The notes beneath the pieces are model-generated. The model was not told the DNA's origin. It ran no database searches and saw nothing but the letters and a program-made list of their open reading frames with translations. 64,000 nt of DNA from Octopus sinensis. Lineage: Eukaryota. The number at the start of each line of letters is the position of its first letter. Positions within the stretch are counted from its first letter, which is position 1. Below, piece after piece: positions 1 through 12,866 of this stretch. The translations under genes and the position numbers were made by a program. The stretch lies in the NCBI RefSeq assembly GCF_006345805.1, contig NC_043008.1, forward strand, positions 76,136,001 through 76,200,000, given 5' to 3'.

Positions 1-806
1 GTTCGCTGGTTTAGGAACTAAGATGGTAACAGTTAGAGAGACAGGCAGAAATTGCCATTTATATATATATATAGAAGGCAAGTATTGCTACTTCTCAGTA
101 TAGTTACTACGTTCATCTCTTATAGAGATTTTCTATACACACACACACTCACACTCACACACACACTCACACTCACACACACACTCACACTCACACACAC
201 TCACATACATACATACATACATACAAACTTATGTGCATGTATATAAAGTGAAGTATAACATTTCCATAGCAGGTATTTTAAACATTAGAAATGTTACTTG
301 TCCCTCAAGACGTCAGCGAAGTTTCTTCGTTTCGGCGAATGATTTACTCACCATGTATCAGGTTCACTATTTCAAATTTTCTACCTGATTTGGTACGTTT
401 ACATGTCATCCTATAAATTTTATGTTTCTCCTTTCCTAGAATAACAGACATTATCGCACAAGCTTCGAGTAAAATCGGCCGGGATATTACATTAGTGTTC
501 ATTCCCATGAAGAATATGATACCACTATTGGCTGATTAAACACAATTGTGTAAGACACACATGCAATCACGGAATTTGCATGACACCATTTCCTTAGTAC
601 GATTCCACAGTTTGCATAATATCAGAATTCACATATTAAATGAGGAGCTGATATATTTTTGATGTTGTTAAAATCCATCCTCCTCCTCACTTACTCCCTC
701 TCTCTTACCGTCTCTCCCCACTCTCACTTTCCGTCTCTCCCCTTTCTCTCTCTCATTTTCTCTGTCTCTGTAGTAATTAAATTCATTAATTCTCTACACA
801 CACACA

Positions 807-837
<31 letters not shown>

Positions 838-903
838 TGATAAAAATAGTAAGACAACAAAAAATGAAAGAGACTTCGATATTATGCAAATAGAGAAATT
901 TAT

Positions 904-1039
904 CTGTAAATGTAATATGTGAGAGCAATTTTTCCGATGGCCGGATAACTGAAGAGATAGCGGCGTGGATTTCCACACCGCCATCCGAAAATCGGAGTTT
1001 TATCATGGCTACCGAATAATTGTCACATATTACATTTAC

Positions 1040-1041
<2 letters not shown>
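904..1041. repeat. Inverted repeat (19-bp perfect arms) enclosing a hammerhead fold
   Basis: ctgtaaatgtaatatgtga at 904-922 is the exact reverse complement of tcacatattacatttacag at 1023-1041; the right arm abuts (TA)n. Confidence 0.9.
944..1004 (+). ncRNA. Type I hammerhead ribozyme fold
   Basis: Stem I GAUAA(944-948)/UUAUC(1000-1004); core CUGAAGA 949-955; long stem II 956-985 (GAUAGCGGCGUGG/CCACACCGCCAUC, 2 mismatches, one extra C at 986); GAAA 987-990; short stem III with one mismatch; GUU triplet 997-999. Confidence 0.72.
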
Positions 1042-1581
<540 letters not shown>

Positions 1582-1583
1582 AA

Positions 1584-2304
1584 AGACCTTTAATTATCAA
1601 AGACCATGAAAAGAACTTCCTAACTAATCCTAAATGTAGGCCTATTAACACAGTTAAATCAGAACTTGGCATTATTAGTAAAGAAATTTTAGGAAAAATC
1701 AATGCAAAAGTCAAGAATACCACTATGTTAGTACAATGGTCCAATAGTATAGAAGTCGTTGACAGGTTTAAAGCCATTAAGAATAAGATAAAGCGAGATT
1801 TACGCAATTCGATATTGTCGATTTTTAAGCCTCTATCTATAAGGAACTGCTAGATAAAGCCTTCACCTTCGCGAATTCATAGAAATCATTACACAGGATA
1901 AGGACATAATCTTCCATGCTTGAAAGACTTTACTCTTCAGCGAGAACTCAGAGTGAGTGGATCAAGACTACTGATACATATGGTGTTTTCGATGTGAGCA
2001 CGGGGTCATATGATGGAGCAGAATATGCGATCTTATTGGACTATTCCTACTCGATACATTGGGCAAGATTTTTCCTGACGTATATTTCGCCATTTACAAA
2101 GATGATGCCCTAGCTTTAACCGCAAATACCAAAGGGCCAGCAAAGGATCGGTTTGGGGAAAACATTATCGGCAGTAGAAAGTGCAGTCTCGGTGAAATTT
2201 GGCTCATCTGGAAAAGCAGCTTAGACCCCGCCACACGTCTAAATTCAAGAACTGAACTTTTCGGATTATGTCCACATATGGCCAATTATTTGTTACGCTT
2301 TTAG
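1584..2304 (+). mobile_element. Penelope-like element (PLE) reverse transcriptase, decayed
   Basis: Frame from 1584 reads IIKDHEKNFLTNPKCRPINTVKSELGIISKEIL...QFDIVDF*ASIYKELLDKAF, then FDVSTGSYDGAE and AIYKDDAL (YxDD). These resemble PLE/GIY-YIG-associated RT motifs. Stops and frameshifts are present. Confidence 0.75.
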
Positions 2305-3250
2305 CCTCCCTGAGATTACAGATAGGACTTACTTTCTATATTGTGTCCACAAAGAAGCTTTTTATCTCTCTATACATTTTACTTATATTTCTTATATACG
2401 TTTTATACATTCTTTTACATATTTATAGAGATATTGTTTTATAGTCTTATTGTTCATATATTTTTACGCATAGTTTTTTCTGTATCCTACCTTCCACCCT
2501 GCATTGTTCCTGTCCGTATATAGGCTTGTATATGGTATATTTGTGCGCACGTGTGGATGTGTGCGTGCGTACGGGTATGTGCGTATATAGACGTGTGTAT
2601 GTGTGTGTGCATGCGAATATGTACGTATATAGACGTCTTTTACTCTTATTGCGTTTTTTTACACTTTTTTTTATACATCTTTCTATATTTAGCCTCGGGT
2701 AGTTATTTAGAAAATGTAAAAAAATTCATCATGAACAATTATCTAGGTTTGCAGTGTATGTTCAGCTGTTATCGGCATTTCTCAGAAGTCAGCATCCCTT
2801 GTCGAGAGCTGCGACACGCCGTGTCGCCACGTGCCCCGTTACAGTTCAGCGAAGTGCTGCCGAAATTCCTCATCCATCTGCTTGGACTCGTCTGCCATGC
2901 ACCCGTGAAGCAACGTCAAAGATCGAATTGTGGTTTTGGTGTCACGTTGTGCCTCAACTACCCGGACCCATCGAATTGCTTTCGTTCCTTCCTGATTTAG
3001 TGCACGTACCCTAACTCTCACAACACAACCTTAGCATTGAAAAATTGGTCAAGTGCCAGTCTCGCCGCCAGAACGTCGGTCGCTATGTCTTTACTAGGTG
3101 CCTCTTCTAATTTCCTCACTAGGTCTCCCTCTACTTTAGACTTCTCTATCGCTATTTCCTAGCTAAACCCTAACACTTTTACACTAATCTTCCTTTTCAG
3201 AGCTATCTACCATCGGTTGTTGACGACAGCACCCATCGACTTTCGATGAA

Positions 3251-3668
3251 CTGATCTTTACTGATTGGAATTCTTATCATGTACAGTGTTTTCGCTTGGC
3301 TTAAAAGATGATCTACAGCAAATATTCTGCTCAATACCTCAGATTTGCTTGTCACTTGTTTGACCTTAACCAGTTGAGCGTGTCCTTTGGTGGCTGACGA
3401 TATGTATATCTCTGATCACGAGCAGAAGTAATGGGGAAGCATCGTAGCCATGTGCTGAGAGGAATTCTTTGCAGTTTGCATAATTCATCTCTGAAAACAT
3501 GGGCGTTTCATTCACAATCCTCAAAGAACCCTTATTCAAGGACCATTTGAGCGGGATGGGCTACTCGACCTGAAGAAAATTCTAACTCGGCCGCACCTGC
3601 AAGGTCATACGCTTTTTGATATGAGATCACCATGTCGCGCACATATGGTCGTGATGCATGTTCCTGGT
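3251..3668. mobile_element. Interspersed non-coding repeat (family C), truncated copy
   Basis: Matches the copies at 44587-45018 and 55728-56284 (tacagcaaatattctgctcaatac...ggctgacgatatg...ctgatcacgagcagaagta). Confidence 0.85.
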
Positions 3669-3992
3669 AAATCGACTGCTACTTAATTTATTGACCCCGA
3701 AAGAACGAAATGCAAAGTCGACCTTGGCGGAATTTAAACTAGAACGTAGCGGTAGACGAAATACGTATTTCTTTACTGCCCACAAGGGGCTACACACAGA
3801 GGGGTCAAGCAAGGACAGACAAACGGATTAAGTCGATTATATCGACCCCAGTGCGTAACTGGTACTTAATTTATCGACCCCGAAAGGATGAAAGGTAAAG
3901 TCGACCTCGGCGGAATTTGAACTCAGAACGTAACGGCAGACGAAATACCGCTAAGTATTTTGCCCAGGTTCCTAACGATCCTGCCAACTCAC
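3669..3992 (-). mobile_element. tRNA-derived SINE family A, dimeric
   Basis: On the minus strand: head with gttctgagttcaaattccgccgaggtcgac (B-box-like), body, tail ending ccccttgtgggcagtaaagaaata at 3766, then a second headless body. Confidence 0.85.
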
Positions 3993-3996
3993 TTTC

Positions 3997-4013
3997 ATAA
4001 TAATAATAATAAT

Positions 4014-4060
<47 letters not shown>

Positions 4061-4092
4061 TGATGATTACAATAACGATGATGATGATGATC
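3997..4092. repeat. (AAT)n/(GAT)n microsatellite
   Basis: Directly visible. Confidence 0.95.
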
Positions 4093-4401
4093 ATCATCCT
4101 CATCATGAGCCTCTCCCCTCTACCCTTTTAAGCGGTCAAATTCGAACAAACATTATAGATAAGGCAAACAAACAGCGCTACCACATTTAATCATCTGAGA
4201 TCAGAAATATAATTTTAATGCTTACCAAAAGCCTTAATTGTTTTTTACCATTGCTGACACCTCAAGGTAGAATATAGATTATGACTTAATGAGATATGTA
4301 AAATAATTATGCAAGAATGGAAATAGTAAAATCAATCAATTAATTCTGTGCATCACAATACAATCCCACGCGCGCACGAGCGAGGAGAGGTGTACATGTA
4401 A

Positions 4402-4432
<31 letters not shown>

Positions 4433-5212
4433 TGTTAATGGTCTTCTGAAGCTTGTAACATAGGGCATGAATTGTGATCAATGAAGGTAACGAAGAAGCT
4501 AAAATATGGTTGATTAATTAAGACTCACGTGACAGGTTATCTATAAAATAATTAATTTCCTAATTATGGAAACTATAATGCTATCAATTAGTTCAGTTTC
4601 TCTCTCTCCTTATTTCTCCACTGTATGTATATGCGTGTGTCACTGTAAATATGTATAAATATGTTGTTTAATGAAGCAAACTGTTGTTGGATAGTTCACA
4701 TGACGGTTCTTCTGAATATTTCTATTTCAAGTGAACGTCGAATTGCGTTAGAATTCGTGATTAGATCTATAATTTGTCATGAATATGTAAGAAGAGATGA
4801 CAGTGGCTTAGCGTGTGATTGGCAACTTCAATACGCAATATGAATCAGAGAAATGTTAAAGCCATTGACTTTGTTCTTGCAATAATGTAAGTTTTAATAA
4901 GTTGCAAGTAAATAAAGACATTTGACATAAGAGATTTCATACAAATGAAGGTGGAACCCCCAAAATTGAACAATTTTCATCAATACATATAAATTAAAAT
5001 GTTTTACCAAGTAGAATAATACATTTTCCTATGTGACGTTTGAGAAAGTAACATATCGTGCTCGATAGTTCACTATCGTATGGTACCGCCTTTCTCTGAT
5101 GAAGTCTCTTACTCAAAGATTCTCTCAGGAAATATTCTGACTTGAAATACGGGACTCTTCAAGACAATGCTATCCGCTTTGGAAAATACTATATGTATAA
5201 TCGACTAATAAT

Positions 5213-5425
5213 CTTTTCTTCTAAAAACACAACGCCTGATATTTTGGTGGGGATGGGACAAGTCGATAACATCGACCCAAGTGTTTCACTGGTACTCAAT
5301 TTATCGATACGAAAAGGATGAAAGGCAAAGTTGACCCGGCGGATTTGAACTCAGACTGTAAAGAGGGAAGAAATGCTGCTAAGTTCTTTTCCCGGTGTGT
5401 TAACGATTGAGCCACCTCACCGCCT
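5213..5425 (-). mobile_element. SINE family A, diverged
   Basis: Contains aaggatgaaaggcaaagttgacccggcggatttgaactcag, the shared family A core. Confidence 0.8.
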
Positions 5426-5557
5426 TGTAAATGACTAGTAATACTATGCGGCCTTGCTTAGGTTTATAGGATGTTTTCGTAAATTTTGCATAGATTTTTG
5501 TGTTCTGCTTCGAATGATACGTGCCCCGTTACTCAAATTTCATTCACTTTCATATAT

Positions 5558-5741
5558 AGGTTTGAACTTTTAGCACAAGGCCTGCAATTTCAGGGGAGAT
5601 GCTAAGCTGATTCAATCGACCCCAGTGCTCAACTAGCATTTATTCCATCGATCCCAAAAGCTTGAAAGGCAAAGTCGATCCCGGCGGTATTTGAACTCAG
5701 AACATAAAGACGGACGAAAAGTTGCTAAGCATTTTGCCCTC
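5558..5741 (-). mobile_element. SINE family A, diverged
   Basis: Shared core; flanked by near-direct repeats actttcatatat (5546-5557) and actttcgtatat (5744-5755), a possible TSD. Confidence 0.8.
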
Positions 5742-5919
5742 TAACTTTCGTATATTAACATTTACAAGGAAGCAGAAGGTAACTTATCACAGAAAAAATT
5801 TGAATAGATCAAGTAATGATGAGGAAACTTTAGAGATTTTACAAGAAATTTTGTGAAAATCAGTACCGCCAAGCAGACGTACAGAACACACACACATGTG
5901 TGTGTGTATTTTACGTAGG

Positions 5920-6238
5920 TGTTATCAACTTACATAGCAGACGAAATAGTGTATTCAGAAGATATTATGAAGGTGCTTTCCACAGTTATGATGTGTGGCC
6001 ACTGTTATGATTGTAGCTCTTGTATCTACTCTAGTAGCCACAATATTTTCTTAGTATCGGATACAGTGTATCTTTTCTATATCGGAATGGTAATACACCG
6101 CTTCGTCTATCGAGTTATCGCTGAAAGCTCTGCAAGACACCGAATTTGAACATCTACATTGACTGTGACTCGAACTCGACTATAACACCAAACTGACACT
6201 TAACTCCAAATGAGAACTTGTACAATGATTGACACACA
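5920..6238 (-). mobile_element. Candidate 3' LTR of the gypsy element
   Basis: On the minus strand it starts TGT and ends ACA, is preceded by a purine-rich tract (aagtggggag, PPT-like) and lies just downstream of integrase. No second LTR was found to confirm it. Confidence 0.45.
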
Positions 6239-6239
6239 A

Positions 6240-9116
6240 CTCCCCACTTGTCCCGTGGGAGGGATGTACCGTTTCCACTACCGTTTCTTTTTGAGAAGCA
6301 AGTAGTTTTATTTTATTCACCCCATCTGCCTTTTATGAGATTTTTTCTCTTTTATTTGTACAACTTCATATTTTTTTAATTTCTGGCATCTATTTTTAGG
6401 AACTCTGTGTTCTTCCTTTTTATTCAACATTTACGCGTTTGTTCAGCTACCTGTAACGTTGTTCGTACCTGGAGTGCTTCATACAGTCATGCCTTAGGTA
6501 CTTTTAATCTGTTTGGTTAATTTTCTATGAATCTTTTCTCTAATTGATTTTAGTCTTTTTCCAATACCGTTTTTGCTTTTTATCCCACACATCATTTTTC
6601 CTATTAACTTTGTAATTTCGCCTTCTCAGTACTGTTCTCCGTTTTTATTCGACCTTATGTACACCTTGTGTCCTTCCTGGTACTTTTTCTTTTCTTGCCG
6701 GGTAGCAGTTTATCAAAAACTGATTTTACCTTCCTCGCAAACACCAGTTCTGCTGGTGAGCTTCCTGCTAGCGTATTCGGCTCCGGTGTCACCCTGTACA
6801 CATTTAAAAGTTGTTGAACAGCGAATTCGTCTGTGACCTTCTTGTTTGCTTTCCTTAAAGCACTTAAAGCTATCAACAAAACGTTCTGCATCTCCATTTG
6901 ATCTGGGATGGTTAGGCGCTATCGTTATATAGTCTACCCTGAACATTTCACTGAATTTTATAAATTCCCTAAACTAAATTGTGTTCCATTATCAGACACA
7001 ATCACATCTGGGATGCTAAATCTTGCAAATAACTCGTGAATAAAATTTGTTACAGTTGAGGAAGTTGGTCTTTCACACTTACCAATATCAAGCTATTTTG
7101 TAAAACTGTTAACTACTACTAAATAGTGATAACCATTTAACGGACCCGCGAAATCGATGTGTAATCTCGACCACGGTATTTTTACTTCTGGCCAAGGCTC
7201 CCATTTTTAGCGGGCAATTTCACTGCCAGAGCACGTCTTTTGCAGCCTTTTATCAAGTTTTCAGTTTCATTGTCCATCTTCGGCCAGCATATATAACTGC
7301 GCATTAGCGCTTTCATCCTGGCCAATGTGAAATTCTTTCAACGTTCTTTTTTGTAGTGTCTCCGGTGTCACTACCCTTTGGGCATACATCAGTACGTTGT
7401 CACATGTTGAATATATGTTTAGGCCTTGGTGTTTATTCATACCCATTTTTTCTTTGTTTGTTTGTTTTTGTAGACTTCAGTGGATTTTTTTTCATTTATG
7501 AATTTATCATTTGGCGCATTCCGCTTTATAACCTCCAGGGTTATCGGTAACTCCCGTACAATGCTCCACATTATGTTCTTAATTTCACCTTCGGCTCATA
7601 GAGCTGCTATTACTGTATCTTCGAATGGTTCGCCCTTTTTTAGTATTAAACTGGACAGGCCATCAACATATTCTAGCTTTTTCAAAGGTAAATATTTCAT
7701 TGCGTAGTCATAGTTTAGTAGTATGGTGCCCCATTTATTACAACGATGAATGAATGAATGAATAGGAATTCCTTTTCTGGTTCCAGAAATAGTCAGCAAT
7801 GGTCTGTTTGTAAGCGAAAATGTCTTCCATATATAGACCTGTGGAACTTTTTTACGCCTAATACAATTACCAATGCCTCTTTTTCAATCTGGCTATAACT
7901 TTTTCGCTGGCAATAGCGTCCTTGACGCGTGAGCTCTGGACTTTCTACTGCCATCGTCACATTTGTGTTGGAGTAATGCTCCCATCCCGTACTCACCAGC
8001 ATCTGTGACCAGTATCGTTTCCAACTTTGGATGGAAGTGTGTTAGCGACAAGTCTTAAATACTTTCTAATTCTGCAAATGCCTTCTCTCATTTTTCTGAC
8101 AAAAACCATTTACTATCCGTTTTTAACAGCTCATTTAGGGAGCCCGTACGTTGTGCATGTTTAGGATATATACTTGACAGTAGTTCACCAAGGATAGAAA
8201 CGCTAGTAGCATTTTGACGTTCGTTGGGGGAGGTATATTCCATATTACCGTGGCCCTTGATGGGTCTTGTTTTCGCCCCCTTTCGTCAATTACTTGACCC
8301 AAATATTTATTTTTTATCATCAAAAATTCACACTTTTCCTGTTTGTCTGAACTCATATTCATTTATTTTTCCAAATACTTTTTAATATGTTCGAAGTGTT
8401 GTTCTAGTGTCTCGCTCTTTATGAAAATATCATCGAGATATGCGATAGCGAATTCGCAATCTTTTAACATTGCGTCCATCACTCGCTGGAATATGGCAGG
8501 TACCACTTTTACTCTAAAAGAAAACCGCTCGAATTTATACAATCCAGTGTGTGCAGTCTTCCTCTGTGTGTATCAGTAGATAAGCCACCGAAAGTTTTAA
8601 TTTCGAGAACATTTTCCCTCCATTTAGTTTTGAAAATACTTCTCTGCTTGGTAATGGATAGTTGTGTTCGACTAAACAGTCAATAAATCCTGTTGAGAAA
8701 TCTGCACACACTCTTAGTTTATCCTTTTTTTCACATAAACCGTCTGTGCTGTCCAGTCTGACTGGTCGATTTTCTCAGTTATAACTAAACTTTCCAGTCT
8801 TTCCAGCTCTTTGTTGACCTGGTCTACCGCCGCGAACTGCACGTTCTGTTTAGGCCTAAAAAAAAGGTGTTGCATTTTCTTTTGCTGCAATCCTCGCAAT
8901 TGTTTTAGTGCAACAGCTCAATCCTTCCAAAACAACATTTGTAAATAATTTTTATTATTTTTTTGTTCTTCGATTAAGCCTTTGACCTTCCCAACTACAT
9001 TTACACAGAGAACACTAATTGGGTATCTCAAATTTTATATATCTTCATGCATTCTGTGCCCAATAAATTTAAAGATTTTTTTTCAATATAAATATTTGCC
9101 CCGTTCGTTTTACCTC
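6240..9116 (-). mobile_element. Ty3/gypsy pol, decayed (protease C-term, RT, RNase H, integrase)
   Basis: Minus-strand fragments in gypsy order: FRPKQNVQFAAVDQVNKELERLE; FAIAYLDDIF (RT); [18 protein letters not shown]...FRLQTDH (RNase H); RLHIDFAGP, VIVSDNG, HPRSNGDAERFV, SPAELVFARK (integrase). Confidence 0.92.
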
Positions 9117-9123
9117 GAAAAGT

Positions 9124-10795
9124 CGCGTCGCAAATACAACTGGTGAGTTGAAGTTCAATTATTGTTTGAGTTGCTGTTGAAATATTGTGCTTTTTAAATT
9201 GTTGTTGTGTTCTTTGAACACTTTGGATTTTGCTGCCTTGTGGTAAGCTAGTTGTGCTTCCCTTCCTCATAAAGGAGGGAAAGCAAATGAAAAATGGAAG
9301 AAATTAGTTCTTCAGATAACAATTACACTGAGGTGACCGATTCTGAGCAGTCAGATACTTTGTGGTCCAATAGGAATAGAAGTTTCGCAGAGACGGCTAA
9401 AGTAGCAGAGAGTAATATGGATTTGAACGAGCGGAAGAAATACTCCAAAATGATGAAAAGGGATGGAACAAAGGTGGAAGTTACAGCGCCAATGGAGATA
9501 ATTGATGTCAGATGAAGATGTATGGTAGTGCACAAAATACACTCAGTGGCCGAAGGAAGAATTAAAGAGATGGCGACGACCCTAGTTCAGAAGGCACTAA
9601 GGCCCGTATTGGGGGATATTAGGTATTTAACAAGAGGCAGTAAAGTTGGTACAATTGAAGTCCCATTTAATGATGTAGGCAGTGCAAGTTTGAACTCGTC
9701 AACCATATTAAAGGGGGAGGAAGTAGTGATGTGGAAGGTGTGCTATAAGGGCCAACGTAGAGGGAACCCCCAGACGTCGACGTGGCTTGAATAGTAGCCC
9801 CAGTCTTGCTTGGTAACGAGGAAGAGATAACGGTTCTCCAGGCCACCAAGACGGAAGCAAGGAACTGGAAAGGGCAATCCTTAAATATGGTGCTATGGAG
9901 ACCGAAGGATATAATAGAGTTGCCGGAAACAATAATATTTGACGACACAACAATGGTAGTCAGAGTAGATGGCAGGATACGCAGGTGCTACAAGTGTGCC
10001 CAAAAGGGTCATATTAGAGCAAACTGCTCTCTACAAGAAAAAAAGGAAGAACTGGTAAAAGAAAAGGAGAAAATAATAACACAACCAGCAGAAACAGAAG
10101 GAAGCGGAACAGAAGTCGAATGGGTGACACCAGGGAAGAAAAGGAAGGGGAAAAGGAAAAAATCCGGTAAAATAAATACTGAACTCCAACCCACCCAACT
10201 CCCACCCACACCCTCTTCTTCCCACCCGCTCCCTACAGACACTGAACCTACCCGCACCCCTCCAATACAAAAACAAATACAGTCGGACACTAGTCATTTA
10301 ATCTCTGCAAAGGAAAAAAAGAAAAACGGTAGTTATGTTATTAGGTACGATAACACTAATAAAAACCTGTGTGAAGAAACTAAAAAGTGGAAAGACTAGA
10401 GTGGTGGACGCTCGTAAGTGCGACAACGTGCAAGGGGGGAATTGCTGCCCGTTGTTGAACGAGGACGAAAGGGAAAAAATTTCAAACTTCAAAAAAGGAT
10501 ATTAAATGTGGGAAGTCGATTTGGACATTTATAAATTGCCGTGGAACATGAACTACACGTTTTTACTGATGGAGCAGTGTTGATATTCTGGAAGGCTCCG
10601 GGTACAAAGAGAGAAAATGAACAGAGGTAAATGTGAAGTAACTTAGAGATGGGGCTGAGGAAACTTCATTCTATTTCTCATCTTCATCTTACCATTCGTT
10701 ACAACATACCTTTTTCTTTTTTTTATCGTTATGTGTTCCCATATGTCTTTGTGTTGTCCCCTCTGCGTTGGCCCTTTATGGGCAATAAAGAAAAA
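9124..10795 (+). mobile_element. ORF1-only (gag-like CCHC knuckle) non-LTR element, unit 1
   Basis: Frameshifted ORF ~9290-10399 with CYKCAQKGHIRANC (9986-10027) and a basic/Pro-rich tail. About 400 bp of 3' region follows with no ORF2. Head and tail are homologous to unit 2. Confidence 0.7.
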
Positions 10796-10802
10796 GAAAA
10801 GT

Positions 10803-12369
10803 CACACCGCAAATACAACTGATGAGTTGAAGGCTGATTATTGTTTGAAGTTGCTGTTAAAGTTATTGCTGTTTGAATTGTTAGTTGTTTTGTGCTGCTT
10901 TCTCAGCGGTTTCTGGTTGTGCTTTCTCCCGATAAAATCAAGAGATAGCTATAGCGAAAAGGAGTTTGTATTCGGACCTTAATGGTTCCGAATTGTCCTC
11001 TTCAGAAGAAGAATTGGTTTGGTCTGTCCACGGGATAGATGAATGCCTAAAAAAGAAAATAAAACGTTTTGCTGAAGTAACCGAAGTAGACCTTTCTAAT
11101 ATTGACAGAAATGGAAAAATGGCTATAAGAGTAGGTGGTGACGTTAAGATTTCACCACCTCGGGAAAAATGGAAGAAATAGACAGGAAGACTGCGGTATA
11201 CAAGATGTACTCGGTGGAGGAAAGGAAAATTGAACATGTGGAGGCTGAAACTATAGAAAGAGCATTGTAGTCAGTCAGGCCAAACATTACGTATCTGGCC
11301 AGAGGGAATAAATTCAGAATGGTTATAGTACACTACAAGACGGAAAACAAGGCAAAGGTAAACGCGGTAAACACGATAAAAACAAAGTGGTCCTTCTACC
11401 CACTAATTTGGGAAGGACCTCAAAGATAAGGGTGGGGGGAATTGCACCGGAAATTGAAGTGGCTCGGGTCGTGGCTGCTGTTCTCTTTGGAAGTGATGGA
11501 GAAGTAGCCGTCCTCCAACTCGCAAAGACGGAAGGCTCAGTATGGAAAGGACAAACAATGGACCTCATTGTACAGGCTGCAGTGGAGACACTCGAAAATC
11601 TGTCAGAGACGGTATAAATTGGAGATCTCGTGTTGAAAGTGTGGGTGGAGGGCAGGGCTCAGTGTTTTAAATGTGACCAAAAAGGCCACATTAGAGCACA
11701 CTGCTCTCTGCAAAAGCAGACAACGGAAAGGAATGACGAGAGACCGGAAAAGAAGCAAGGGGAGGAAAAGGAGAGGAAGAATGGAAAATTACAGAAAGAA
11801 AAATGGAAAAAAGAACAGTGTCATGTGGAACCCTAAACCGTACCCACCTCACCCATTCCCCTTCTACACAATCCAAAAAGAATAAAGAAACACATTCACA
11901 ACAAAGTACAAAGAATTCCCCTCCCCATGAAGTGAATTACGTTTGTATACTGACGGACGGTGGCAATCAGGGTCTAATTCGGAAGTTAACAAGTTGGAAG
12001 ACGGCAAGATTTGTTAGTACAGATTAGGGTGGCACATGTTTATGTTGCATTAAAAAAAAAACAGATGGAGGAGGTGAAAAAATACAAGAAAGTTGTTAAG
12101 CTTTGGCAAACAAATACGGACATTAAAAGGATAACACACTGCATAGAATGTGAGGAACTATTTTGAGAAATTTGGTGTTGATGTGATAAAAGGACTCCCA
12201 TGGAAGTGATGCTGCATGAGGTAGGGCAGGCAGCTCATTTTCATTTTCTCATTTCGTTATTCATTCAGATTATCCTATCTATAATTTTATTTTAATTTTG
12301 TATTATATGTCTCCACATGTGCTTGTATTGTCCACTCTGTGTTGGCCCCTTGTGGGCAATAAAGAAACA
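10803..12369 (+). mobile_element. ORF1-only (gag-like CCHC knuckle) non-LTR element, unit 2
   Basis: Same head (gcaaatacaactg.tgagttgaag), CFKCDQKGHIRAHC (11663-11704) and same tail (gccccttgtgggcaataaagaaa). Clearly diverged from unit 1. Confidence 0.7.
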
Positions 12370-12376
12370 GAAAAGT

Positions 12377-12600
12377 TACATTGCATATGCATTCGCCGAT
12401 AAAATATAATTTCCTTCCAGTAACTCTATATGCTACTTTATTCATCTAAATAATTTTGACTTACCGATTTGTTTCCATGCTTTCTAATCTATGATTCTGA
12501 TGTCACTATCCGTGTCTTATTGCATTTCGACACAAGTGGTTTCGATTTTCACCTTCAAGACATTGATAGATATTTTTACTTTCCCTTGATGATTTAAAAC
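12377..12600 (-). mobile_element. N-terminal half of the gypsy aspartic protease
   Basis: Reads VEMQ*DTDSDIRIID*KAWKQIGKSKL (degenerate LDTGS motif). Removing the insert joins GECICNVT to FRGKT in frame across 12377/9116. Confidence 0.8.
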
Positions 12601-12866
12601 TGATGAATATGGTAATATTTTCTTATCGTACCGTCCTTCCAGACAAATTCATAAGTAGCGAATATCTTATTGTAACTTGTTGGTATCTAGATACTCAGCA
12701 ATAAACGGTGATACATGTTTCTGCAGCACCTTTTTCTCATCGTCTCGTTCAAAATATCAGAAGGTTGAAATACGTTATTGTACTTCCTCGAGAGACAGAG
12801 ATTACACTTTTGGTAGAAAATAATGAGAACATTCTACGTATGTATGTGTGTGTGTGTAATTATATA

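Noticed and set aside
9028-9270. 80-aa minus-strand ORF as a gypsy protease start
   Set aside because: Chimeric: only the part below 9117 is gypsy; the rest is the antisense head of the inserted element.
12374-12405. Apparent third head of the tandem ORF1-only element
   Set aside because: It translates in frame as gypsy protease (GECICNVT) on the minus strand.
12700-12750. Hammerhead-like GAAACAUGUAUC on the minus strand
   Set aside because: The upstream core has two mismatches and stem II does not pair.
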